A DNA stretch of 40,000 nucleotides from Vibrio phage Aphrodite1. The notes under the pieces are model-generated. The model was not told the origin of the DNA and searched no databases. It worked only from the letters and a program-made list of their open reading frames with translations. This document shows positions 8,606-17,825 of the stretch, one piece after another; positions within the stretch are counted from its first letter, which is position 1, and the number at the start of each line of letters is the position of its first letter. The translations under genes were made by a program, and so were the position numbers. The stretch lies in sequence record MG720308.1. One strand, 5' to 3'.

Positions 8606-8921
8606 TACTTTTTCGTATAATTTCAACATACCACCCGCGACCGACATCGAAGCATTGATGACGTTTGTGGGAAAGTTGTTGGGAGCGCATCAAGTTAAAA
8701 ATACGATCACCTCTTTGTCCAATACGGAGCTCGATCACCCCATCCCCGAATCTAAGCAATTGTTGATGCAAGAAGCCTACCGGTTAAACGAATACATCGG
8801 TGCTTTGAAATCACAATGGGTTAATGTTGAGGTGGAAGATGCTCGTATGGCAGGACTATCGGTGATGATAGTCTTTAAGGTATCTGGGGATAGAACTAAT
8901 GAATTTATTTCTATTAGCTGA
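8595..8921 (+). CDS. hypothetical protein (108 aa)
   Basis: Overlapping gene chain, ATG start. Confidence 0.65.
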   Translation: MNVNTFSYNFNIPPATDIEALMTFVGKLLGAHQVKNTITSLSNTELDHPIPESKQLLMQEAYRLNEYIGALKSQWVNVEVEDARMAGLSVMIVFKVSGDRTNEFISIS

Positions 8922-9228
8922 TATCAACTACCCGCTGTTAACCCAGTATGTTAATTCACTCTACGACCCTGATGCGTGGGTGTTAAATTCTGACATACTC
9001 GGGACCCATTTAAATGACCATCTACACCATTTAAATGACCAACACGGGGACCCCGATCCCATACTCACTAATTTGATCTTACCGGATACGACTCTATTAG
9101 AGATGTTCGTGCCTATTATGAAAGACCGTACCGTAGCTATGTTGCCGACGGTGGATGGGGGTGTCTGTCACTGCCCAATGATCATGTTGGTTAACCGTGT
9201 TCATTACGATCATTTTTATAGGCAATAA
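8899..9228 (+). CDS. hypothetical protein (109 aa)
   Basis: Overlapping gene chain, ATG start. Confidence 0.65.
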   Translation: MNLFLLADINYPLLTQYVNSLYDPDAWVLNSDILGTHLNDHLHHLNDQHGDPDPILTNLILPDTTLLEMFVPIMKDRTVAMLPTVDGGVCHCPMIMLVNRVHYDHFYRQ

Positions 9229-9257
9229 TTGTCTGTCCAACCGAGGAGAACATCACA

Positions 9258-9665
9258 GTGATTTACAACATAGGTGAAGAAGACAAAATCAGTTTTCGCA
9301 TCGTAGAATCTGGATTAATGAACAGTGCCTTTGAAGGCGTGACCTACCAAGGTACCGTGTCGTACGCAGTAGCCTTGCAAGTGACCAAAGACATTAACAT
9401 CAAACACCAGAACCTAAAAGCTTACTTTAAGACCACATACCCTACGGCCCTCAACCCTACGGACTACCAATACATTTTGGTGAAACACCCGAATGGGATC
9501 ATTGAAGCGATTGGGGAAACTTGGATTGTGAAAAACTCCCTTAAAGTAGTGAATGTGAAATCTAAAGTCATCACTATCACCAACTGGTCAGAATGGTTTA
9601 AAGACCCTATTGAAGATCGATTGAATTCATTAGGTGCGACCTTTACCATCAAAGATGTAGAATAA
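9258..9665 (+). CDS. hypothetical protein (135 aa)
   Basis: ORF followed directly by a terminator. Confidence 0.7.
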   Translation: MIYNIGEEDKISFRIVESGLMNSAFEGVTYQGTVSYAVALQVTKDINIKHQNLKAYFKTTYPTALNPTDYQYILVKHPNGIIEAIGETWIVKNSLKVVNVKSKVITITNWSEWFKDPIEDRLNSLGATFTIKDVE

Positions 9666-9669
9666 TAAC

Positions 9670-9720
9670 CATCCTACCCCAAACGGGGTAGGATGATCTT
9701 TTATATTTATTTTTTTTTCA
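9670..9720 (+). terminator. intrinsic terminator CATCCTACCCC-AAAC-GGGGTAGGATG + T-rich tract
   Basis: 11-bp perfect stem followed by ATCTTTTATATTTATTTTTTTTT. Confidence 0.9.
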
Positions 9721-9730
9721 AGGAAATGAG

Positions 9731-10168
9731 ATGGAAAACTACTCAGACCAAGAACTAGATTTTAACCTAGAACAACTAAAGGAATGGGAACAACATTTTC
9801 CAAACCTATCATTAAAGGCGTACCTCGGACCCTTTAAACATCTTGATCTAACACAAACATGGTTCTGTCCTCGATGTAGAAACCTCGATAAACCACTGTT
9901 GTTAAGTTCAGATAAAGAAACCTTATACTGTGACTCCCATCCCCATGAGTGTGAGTACAACTACAGTAACTTTGAAAAACGTAAAGTTAAAAAGAGTTTC
10001 TTGGGTGAAGGTTATTCCCTACCGTTATCGGTAAACGACGTCGCCAACATCTCCCTCAGAAAGTTTGAGGATGAGAAACTAAAGATCATACAAGAACGCC
10101 ACCGTCTCGATAAACTAGAAGAAGAAATTGAAAGTCATATTATAACACTGAAACGTACCTTAAAGTAA
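9731..10168 (+). CDS. hypothetical protein with Cys pairs (145 aa), possible small Zn-binding protein with coiled-coil C-terminus
   Basis: CPRCRNLDKPLLLSSDKETLYCDSHPHEC gives a CxxC...C...C arrangement; helical KLEEEIESHI tail. Confidence 0.65.
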   Translation: MENYSDQELDFNLEQLKEWEQHFPNLSLKAYLGPFKHLDLTQTWFCPRCRNLDKPLLLSSDKETLYCDSHPHECEYNYSNFEKRKVKKSFLGEGYSLPLSVNDVANISLRKFEDEKLKIIQERHRLDKLEEEIESHIITLKRTLK

Positions 10169-10226
10169 TCCATTACTCTGAGGTTAATGATTTAGCATAA
10201 ATTAAATTTTACCTTGGAGTGATATA

Positions 10227-12299
10227 ATGATACAGCCGATGTTGTCTCCTTTTGTGGACGCGGATTATCATTCTGATAGAAACATCGTGAAACATTATCA
10301 CGATCAGATGATCACCTACTTACAAAAACGATTTAAGGTGACCGCTGAACAAGCAGCCCAAATTGTTAAGAAAAAATTCCGACCTAATACTGGGGAATAC
10401 CAAGACCGTAAGTTTAAAGTCTTGGAGAAAAATAAATACGGTGACCGTGAACTTAAAGTCATGACCGCCAGTGAGTTCTTTAAAAACGTACACAGTAACA
10501 ACTACCACTTAAGCCCATCACTAGTGGGGTACAAAAACTCAGAAGAAGAGCAATCTGTTAACTCTATCGGGACAGAACGTTTTCTTAAGCTTCGTAAGTT
10601 GTACAAAAACAAACGACAAGACGCCAAAGATAGCGGTGATAAATGGTCGGAGAAAACCTATGACGTTATTCAGAACGCACTTAAGATCTTTAACAACGCA
10701 CAGTCTGGTGCAATGTCGTCGAACGGCACACCTCTGGTTAATAAGTCCGGCCACACTTCGATGACTTCAACGTGTCGCGGACTTACGTCTACGGCTAACA
10801 TCTGTAACGAAAAATTCCTAGCAGGTAACCGACTCTATAATACTTTCGAGAACACCTTACAAAACATCATAGCGACGGTTCAATACACTGACCTTGAACG
10901 CATGCAGAAAGTGATGGATAAGTTAGGGATGCGTCACGCTACTGTAGAAGAAGTGATGAACATGATTCGTCACTCTACTGGTCGTTATTGGCGTAACGCA
11001 GTTCGTATGCAAACGATCGAAGAACTAATCAACACTTTCCGTCCGGTGGAATTAACCGCTGTACTGTGTGTATTAGACTTAGAAGGTCTTCGTGTTACGA
11101 ACCAGAAGACGTTATACGAGCTACTTGATGACTTCTCCAAAGTACCGGAAATACCAGAGGGAGCTAAAGCCGAGGATTACCCTAAACCGGATACCGGTGA
11201 CCGATACATCCTTTGTGTTTCAAAGATCGTCGGTAAAGCGAGTAAACTCCAAATCAATCATCTTAATGCTTGGCACTTAGAGTGTGAACAAAAGTGGTTC
11301 GATTTCATTGAAATTTTCCTTAAGCAAGAAATTCCACCATCTGGTGTTTACAACATCAAAGATATGATTCGTGAAGTTGTATTGACTTCCGACACGGATT
11401 CTTCTATCTACACGGTAGATACGGTGGTTGACCAATACACCAAAGACCGTGCGACCTCACTTCGTACTAACGGTGTTTTGACATACTTTATACGTATGAT
11501 CGCTGTTCATCAACACGCTCAGTTCTCTGAGAACATGAACGTGGCTCATCGCTTCCGTTACCGCTTGAACATGAAGAACGAATATTTGTTCGGAGCTTAT
11601 GTTACCACAACGATGTCGAAACACTACTACGCGACACAGTTGATGGTAGAGGGGGTGATGAACAAAGAAGTTGAGATGGAGATTAAAGGTGTGCATTTAC
11701 GCTCTGCCAAAATCGCTGCCAACATCAAGTCCTTTGCACACAAGCTGATGCGTGAAGTATTGGACGCTATCCATGAGCACCGTCAACTGGATGCTGCTGA
11801 TATTTTGTATCGTGCGGCAGAACTGGAACGACAAATCATTGCGGATATAGAACGTGGGGATTGGTTGTGGTTGACAAAGTCTACGATTAAAGATGCGGAA
11901 GTTTATTCTAAACCTGAGTCGTCCGTTTACCAGTATCATGTGTTGTGGGAGAAGATCTTTGCTGAACAATACGGTCATGCTCCGGAATTACCGTATACGG
12001 CCATTAAAGTGAACGCCAAGACACTAAACCGAGCTTCTATTCAAAACTGGTTAGACGAACTACCGGAAGGGATTAAAAAGAAAGCGGAATCACACCTTGG
12101 TGATACCAGCAAGTTAACGACCCTTTACGTTCCTGAAGAATGTTTAGGTTCCGAGGGGATTCCTAAGGAAATCGTGCAAGCCGCCGATATTCGTGCTATT
12201 ATCAAACAAAACCTCAAATGTGTTTACGCAGTATTAGAGTCCTTAGGTCTCTTTATTGTGAATGAGAAAATAACACGATTAATTAGTGACGAACACTAA
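10227..12299 (+). CDS. family-B-like DNA polymerase, palm/thumb part (phiKZ-like divergent)
   Basis: Motif C REVVLTSDTDSSIYTVD (YxDTDS-like) and motif B-like QNALKIFNNAQSGAMSSNG...STCRGLTSTANICNEKFLAGNRLY. Confidence 0.8.
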   Translation: MIQPMLSPFVDADYHSDRNIVKHYHDQMITYLQKRFKVTAEQAAQIVKKKFRPNTGEYQDRKFKVLEKNKYGDRELKVMTASEFFKNVHSNNYHLSPSLVGYKNSEEEQSVNSIGTERFLKLRKLYKNKRQDAKDSGDKWSEKTYDVIQNALKIFNNAQSGAMSSNGTPLVNKSGHTSMTSTCRGLTSTANICNEKFLAGNRLYNTFENTLQNIIATVQYTDLERMQKVMDKLGMRHATVEEVMNMIRHSTGRYWRNAVRMQTIEELINTFRPVELTAVLCVLDLEGLRVTNQKTLYELLDDFSKVPEIPEGAKAEDYPKPDTGDRYILCVSKIVGKASKLQINHLNAWHLECEQKWFDFIEIFLKQEIPPSGVYNIKDMIREVVLTSDTDSSIYTVDTVVDQYTKDRATSLRTNGVLTYFIRMIAVHQHAQFSENMNVAHRFRYRLNMKNEYLFGAYVTTTMSKHYYATQLMVEGVMNKEVEMEIKGVHLRSAKIAANIKSFAHKLMREVLDAIHEHRQLDAADILYRAAELERQIIADIERGDWLWLTKSTIKDAEVYSKPESSVYQYHVLWEKIFAEQYGHAPELPYTAIKVNAKTLNRASIQNWLDELPEGIKKKAESHLGDTSKLTTLYVPEECLGSEGIPKEIVQAADIRAIIKQNLKCVYAVLESLGLFIVNEKITRLISDEH

Positions 12300-12301
12300 T
12301 A

Positions 12302-12329
12302 ACTCCGTGCGGGTTATCCCGCACGGAGT
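12302..12329. terminator. bidirectional hairpin ACTCCGTGCGGG-TTAT-CCCGCACGGAGT between convergent genes
   Basis: 12-bp perfect stem in a 35-bp convergent intergenic gap. Confidence 0.8.
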
Positions 12330-12334
12330 CATCT

Positions 12335-13441
12335 TTACTGTATTCTTTTTTCTAACTCATTTCGCATCGCCACATAACGTTTCTCTAACAAAGGGTTACG
12401 TATTTGCTGTGTCGATAATTTAACATCTTGTCGTAACCATCGACGAACGTGACTCTGTAGGAATCCATTGTTCGTCCGAGTTATTTGGTTATAGTGGAAT
12501 AAAACAGTGAGGACTTTCATATACGAGAAATTCCAAACCCACCTCGATTTAAGGTAAAGTCCATATTGTTCGGGATCTTTCCATACTACCGGGTTATTCG
12601 GGAAATTCGGAAGAGTATCGTAGATTTCTAAATCATCAATGAGTGCGTCTAAATTCCTTAACGGTTTCTTAGTTAATAAGTTGTCCATTTTTTCGACAGT
12701 CTTCACTAACAAACGTTCCACGGAATTGATCGCGTAAGTAGTTCGCGGTACCGTCAATAACTCATCGAAGTCACGTCCTGTGACTGTGTGCTGGTATAAC
12801 GCGTTTAAGGTCACCAATCGGTTACCAAGAAGTTGAGCGTTGAGTAAAGGGAATTTAGGTAACCATAGATGAGGTTTAGGATCAAATCCGTAAGTCACCG
12901 CGTCTTTCAAATAACGCCAGTACCCAACCGCAAGTGCGGTGAAGTCGATACCGATGATGGCAAACTTACCGTCAGGGTCTTCGCGAGGCTTATCCTTAGT
13001 AGGTCGAAAGTCTAATTCAGTAGAATCGCTGTAAACTGGTATAAAGGGGCAAATGTCTTCGGTGTTAGTGATTAAATAATCTGTAAAGTTCAACTGTGAT
13101 GGCAAAGATATTAGTAGCTCTCGGTAGCCTTGCTTATATAGCACATTTTGGTGAAGTTTACCATTGTTGTAAACACCGACCGCACTAATAGAACTCGCCC
13201 AACGTTCTCGCTTGAACTCAATAACTTGTTCTAATTCCTCGGATGTCCAATGAGGGTCTATTTGCATAAACTCCACTAGTTGAACCAGTGGATGTTCATT
13301 TGGTAAGCGGTAGCTGGTTTCCAACACCCGCTCTTTAAACTGTTCTTGGTTGAATCGACACATGCGTAATAAATTGGTTACATTGGTATAATGGTAACTC
13401 GCATTGGTCATAGAACTCAACTCGGTAAATAAAGTTTGCAT
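12335..13441 (-). CDS. hypothetical protein (368 aa)
   Basis: Long ORF on the minus strand between convergent and divergent neighbours. Confidence 0.75.
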   Translation of the reverse strand: MQTLFTELSSMTNASYHYTNVTNLLRMCRFNQEQFKERVLETSYRLPNEHPLVQLVEFMQIDPHWTSEELEQVIEFKRERWASSISAVGVYNNGKLHQNVLYKQGYRELLISLPSQLNFTDYLITNTEDICPFIPVYSDSTELDFRPTKDKPREDPDGKFAIIGIDFTALAVGYWRYLKDAVTYGFDPKPHLWLPKFPLLNAQLLGNRLVTLNALYQHTVTGRDFDELLTVPRTTYAINSVERLLVKTVEKMDNLLTKKPLRNLDALIDDLEIYDTLPNFPNNPVVWKDPEQYGLYLKSRWVWNFSYMKVLTVLFHYNQITRTNNGFLQSHVRRWLRQDVKLSTQQIRNPLLEKRYVAMRNELEKRIQ

Positions 13442-13566
13442 AACTGTGTGTCCATTATATGTAGATAAAACTTTCTCCAGCCGTAAGGTTGGGGTGGATA
13501 GGACCAGAATTGAAATATTTAAGACATAAAATCGTAAGGTTTTGAAGTCCCTAAATATTTTCAGTC

Positions 13567-13583
13567 CTATATAACCTAGGTGT
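13567..13583 (+). promoter_or_regulatory. candidate early (virion-RNAP-type) promoter CTATATAACCTAGGTGT
   Basis: Member of a recurrent motif set, 81 bp upstream of the candidate chmA. Confidence 0.55.
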
Positions 13584-13663
13584 TAAGCAAGTGGTATTAT
13601 TGCGATACCTTAATGTTTAATAACGTTATTGAATATTGAAACCCGAATAATAAAGGATCAATT

Positions 13664-15730
13664 ATGATCTCAAGCAAAAATAGCTGGGATGAAATCGAAG
13701 AGAATGATCAATCTTCTAACAACCCACAAACCCAACAACCAACCAAAAATCAAACTGCACAACAAGGAGCAGAAAAAATGTCATCTAACAAAACCAACTC
13801 ACTACTAGATTTCGCTAACGTTCTAGGTATGAACTCAATGATGTCTGGCGGTCGTAGCGTTCCTGTTGTGAACGAGATTGTTAAGAAGTTGAACGACTTC
13901 CGTGAAGAGAAAGACAAATCTTCTATCAACCCTGCGCTACAGCAAATCATCCCTCAAGAAGTAATTCTGATGGACACTAACCTGTCTCCAGTATTACCGG
14001 GTATCATCCTAGCTCGTCGCGTAGGTAACGCAATGATCATCGCTCCAGTGCAGTTCTCTAACCGTGAGATCGCTATCCAGCTGGAAGAAATTCACACTAA
14101 CGGTGTGATGGGTCAAAACATGCCGGCGAAGGTGCAAATCAAACAAACACCAAACCGTTACATGAGTAAAGAAGTGGTTCGTAACCTAATCGAATCAATG
14201 AAACTTCGCTACGCTAACGACGGTGTAAACGACGTTCAACTTATCACGTCTCGTGTTATCGACCTAGAGTCTTACCAAACTCCAGAAAACAAAGAGATTG
14301 GTATGGCTGACCTACTAGCGAACGTTATCCTTGAAGAGTGGGAACGTGGTATGAAAACTACGCTAACCAAAACAATGGTTAAGCATGGTGTAGCACTGAA
14401 AACTCCATTCATCAACGCTAAAGGTCAAATCGACGAAAATGCGTACGGTCCAACTAAATGTGCGACTGCGCGTATCGAAGCGATGAAAAACCAATCTGGT
14501 ACTCCAGTGAGCATCGACGGCGTACCGTCTGGCGCGAACATGTTAGTGCAGCTACAAACAGCACCAAAAGAAGGTCAGCAATACAACGCTGATGCTGCTC
14601 GCGGTATTGTTAACGCTTACTCTAACGTACTGTTGGTTGGCGTTCCGTTTGCCGTTTACACTGCGCAAATGGCAAACCGCCAAATCCAACCGATGTTCTC
14701 TCCAATGATGAACTCGAACGACATGTACCCTCATGGCTACCACCCGCTTCAAGCAGTTGTAGTAATGAACCACACTCGTGCACAAGCACAGATGGGTAAC
14801 AACTCAGGTATCGCTTCATTCCTAATGGGTCTGTACGCGAACATGACTGTGAACCACAACCACCTGTTCACTGAGCCTCTACGTTTGGCTAAGATTGGTG
14901 CACGTGGTAACCTGTCTCACATCGAGCGTCGTATCGAAGACATGATTGGTGGTGCGCTAGGTAAGCGTGACGAGAAACTGAAGATGACAGAAGCCCGTCT
15001 AAAAGACATGGACTTCACTTCTTCTTGGATCCGTCGTAACATTGCCGAGCGTGCATCTTACGCCATCGACCTAGTTGAATTCGGTAACGAAGCGGCACTT
15101 CACAACTTCCTACTTAACCTTGTAGGTACTACTGAAGCGGCTACTGAAAACAAACTAGTAATCGTTAAAGTGATCGACTCTATCACTAACGGTGAAGCGT
15201 CTCGTCGTATTTCAGAGAACAAACAAACTGGTAAAGGTTGGACTCCAGAGAAAGCAGTTCTATGTCAATCTGGTATTCTGAACCCAGTAGGTACGTTCAA
15301 GCACAACGGTGAACTTCACTCACTAGAAGAAGTGGATGAAATCTTCCTAAGCCGTCTGTGTCCAACTGACACTACTCCGATGATTCAGTACCTACAAGCA
15401 GTGTACGGTGATGGTAACCAAACTCCAGAGCCAGTGCGTCGCTACCGCATGACTACTATGCTTCCTACACTGATCAACGATGATGTAAACATCACTGGTA
15501 CTTCACGTCGTCACTACGTGGCACCAGAGTTTGCAGAATTCCTAGGTCAATGTCTAGACAAGCTTGGTAACCTAAATGCGTCTGGTACTATGGGTACGTT
15601 TGCATCTAACGTTGCAATCTACGCACCATCTGTTGAATACGCAGTAAACGCGGCAGCAGGTGCTTCTGGTGCTTACATGGTTAACGGTGGCGGTATCGTG
15701 GGCAATGCTTCTGGTATTGTTTACTCATAA
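13664..15730 (+). CDS. chmA: candidate chimallin/nuclear shell protein (phiKZ gp54-like)
   Basis: Size (688 aa), own promoter and terminator, disordered N-terminus; lies directly upstream of the DFDGD-bearing beta' subunit, as phiKZ gene 54 precedes gene 55. Assigned by synteny and character, not alignment. Confidence 0.6.
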   Translation: MISSKNSWDEIEENDQSSNNPQTQQPTKNQTAQQGAEKMSSNKTNSLLDFANVLGMNSMMSGGRSVPVVNEIVKKLNDFREEKDKSSINPALQQIIPQEVILMDTNLSPVLPGIILARRVGNAMIIAPVQFSNREIAIQLEEIHTNGVMGQNMPAKVQIKQTPNRYMSKEVVRNLIESMKLRYANDGVNDVQLITSRVIDLESYQTPENKEIGMADLLANVILEEWERGMKTTLTKTMVKHGVALKTPFINAKGQIDENAYGPTKCATARIEAMKNQSGTPVSIDGVPSGANMLVQLQTAPKEGQQYNADAARGIVNAYSNVLLVGVPFAVYTAQMANRQIQPMFSPMMNSNDMYPHGYHPLQAVVVMNHTRAQAQMGNNSGIASFLMGLYANMTVNHNHLFTEPLRLAKIGARGNLSHIERRIEDMIGGALGKRDEKLKMTEARLKDMDFTSSWIRRNIAERASYAIDLVEFGNEAALHNFLLNLVGTTEAATENKLVIVKVIDSITNGEASRRISENKQTGKGWTPEKAVLCQSGILNPVGTFKHNGELHSLEEVDEIFLSRLCPTDTTPMIQYLQAVYGDGNQTPEPVRRYRMTTMLPTLINDDVNITGTSRRHYVAPEFAEFLGQCLDKLGNLNASGTMGTFASNVAIYAPSVEYAVNAAAGASGAYMVNGGGIVGNASGIVYS

Positions 15731-15756
15731 TCTGCTTCGTTAATTAAGTTCTAAGG

Positions 15757-15776
15757 GTGGGAGCTAACGCTCCCAC
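15757..15776 (+). terminator. hairpin GTGGGAGC-TAAC-GCTCCCAC
   Basis: 8-bp perfect stem followed by TCCTTTATATCGTTTTT. Confidence 0.75.
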
Positions 15777-15824
15777 TCCTTTATATCGTTTTTAAATTTT
15801 TTATCAAAAATAAGGAGTTCTGTA

Positions 15825-17825
15825 ATGTCGTCTCCAACGAAAGATATTGCAGTAGAGGTATTAGCAAAGGAATCTTTTGACGATTTGCTTCCTATCAAAC
15901 AGTTCCAGCGTTATCAGGAACAATCCGGGAAGAAATTCTTCGACGATCCTAGTTACTACGCTCCGCTTTATCCAGACTTCCGTGATTTCAATTACGCCCA
16001 TGATACATCTAAGTCACAACCTGTTTATCTGAACGACTACGACTTCTGTTTAGAAGAAGATCGTGAACGTTTGGAGAAACTGATTCGTGTGGACTTTGAT
16101 ACGGACACTTTTGAAACCATTGCGTCGTGTGGTTGTGATAAACCTTTAAAGGGAAACCATTTAATTGGTTCTGGACGGGTTTGTAGAAACTGTGGTAACC
16201 AAGTGGAGCGCTTAGTTGATACTGAGTTATCGACCAAAGTTTGGTTACGTCTACCTACCGGTGTCCAATCATTCATCAACCCTGCGTTCTACAAGACATA
16301 CTTGCAAAAGATCGCAACAGCTTCACCTAAGATAGAGATCATCACTTACATCATCGATCCAACCTATCGTCGTAAGGTCAACTCACAAAGTTCGGAAAAA
16401 CTTCGTGATCTTCAATCTCATTTAAAACGTCTGATGACTCGTTTCGATCTCAACGAGTTTGTTGTTAATGCTGATACCATCATGGATTACTTTTTGTTAG
16501 GTGAAGGTCGAACTTTAACAGCACTTAAGAATTCCGATGCTAAAGAGATTATGTTGGGTTACTTTGATTACAAGGATATTGTTTTCACTAAGTATCTCCC
16601 GATACCTAATAAACTCTCTACCGTTATTGAAAAGGCGGGTAAAGAACGTTACGCTTCTTCAAGTCAGCTAAAAATGGATTCGACTTACATGTCCATCGCT
16701 GATACTAAAGATAACACTGACCTATACCAAGTAAATGAATTCGACATCCAAGAATCCATCGATCGTGTTGGTAAAGGGATAGTGGCGTTAGCGGCACAAA
16801 ACTCTGCTCATTTAAAAGACTTCATGTTCCCTAAACCGGGAGCGGCACGTAAACTGGTGGCGTCTGGCTCTTTACCGATGACAGGTCGTTCAGTAATCAC
16901 CTCTAAGACCGGAATACATAACCCGGGGATGATCGAAGTACCATGGATAATGGCACTCGCCCAGTTAGAGAAACAGATACTGTCCCATTTGTATCGTAAA
17001 GGTTATTCGCCGATGGCGGCACTGACCAAGATCAGTAAAGCCGCCCATTACCTCGACCCCGATATCGACGCTTTCTTTACTTATCATGAAGAACGCAATG
17101 ATATTGTGTGTAAAGCAGGTCGTATGCCATCCATTCAGTATTTGTCTCGTCGCACCTTCTTTGCGCGAATTAAACGAGATCTGGGAGATCAATCTATTGG
17201 TCTACCGATACTGTCCGTGTCCAATTTTAATGCCGACTTCGACGGTGTGCAATCGCCGTCATTAAACTTCTTTAATTGCTGGAACCCCGTAAAACTCTAT
17301 TTACTACAATAGTTGAGCGATCGACTATGAATGTGGGCGAAAGTCAGAAATAAAAATAGAGATGACCTAAGCTTAATGGAAAACCAACTTTACCAAGGAT
17401 AAGTGTGGAGTGCTAAGGGATCACATCAATCGGAAATCAGCAGCGAAGACTCTCTCGTAGAGTAACGTTCAACGACTAGGTGGGGAGAAGTCTCCTCGAA
17501 CAGGAAGAGTGGATTCAAGGAATGATGAAGCTAAGATATAGTCTCGCCCGGCATGAGAGTGTCGGAAGTCATTAACTTGGGGTGATGACTGGTGAACTAA
17601 CGACTCACTTTAAAAAGCATCTTAACGGATGTAACAATGTATGCGGACCAGATGGCGCTATTCTTCTTACCTGACTTAAGATCTAAGGCGGTGAGTTATG
17701 GCGCATTCGGTCACCAATCGGTATTTGATGAAAACAAACCGTTCTCAATCAGTCGACATTACAAACAGCCGTCGACTAACTTGATGAACATCAATAACGT
17801 AATGCGAAAACTGGAGTTCAAATAA
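15825..17825 (+). CDS. RNA polymerase beta' N-terminal subunit, intron-split: join(15825..17246,17646..17825), 533 aa (phiKZ gp55-like position)
   Basis: Cys cluster CGCDKPLKGNHLIGSGRVCRNCG and catalytic motif NADFDG at the end of exon 1; exon 2 continues DQMALFFLPDLRSKAVSYG. Confidence 0.9.
17247..17645 (+). other. group I self-splicing intron, ORF-less, 399 nt
   Basis: P1: exon GACGGU (17241-17246) pairs with GCCGUC (17255-17260), U.G at the splice site; intron ends in G (17645). P7: GACTA (17474-17478) / TAGTC (17539-17543) in the classic contexts GTTCAACGACTAGG and AAGATATAGTC. Splicing restores NADFDGDQMA. Confidence 0.93.

Noticed and set aside
17247-17645. Possible homing endonuclease in the intron
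   Set aside because: No ORF longer than the exon 1 read-through tail fits in the 399 nt; the intron appears ORF-less, unlike what I recall of some phiKZ introns.
17637-17825. Stand-alone 62-aa ORF
   Set aside because: Its ATG lies inside the intron; the sequence from 17646 is exon 2 of the RNAP beta' gene.
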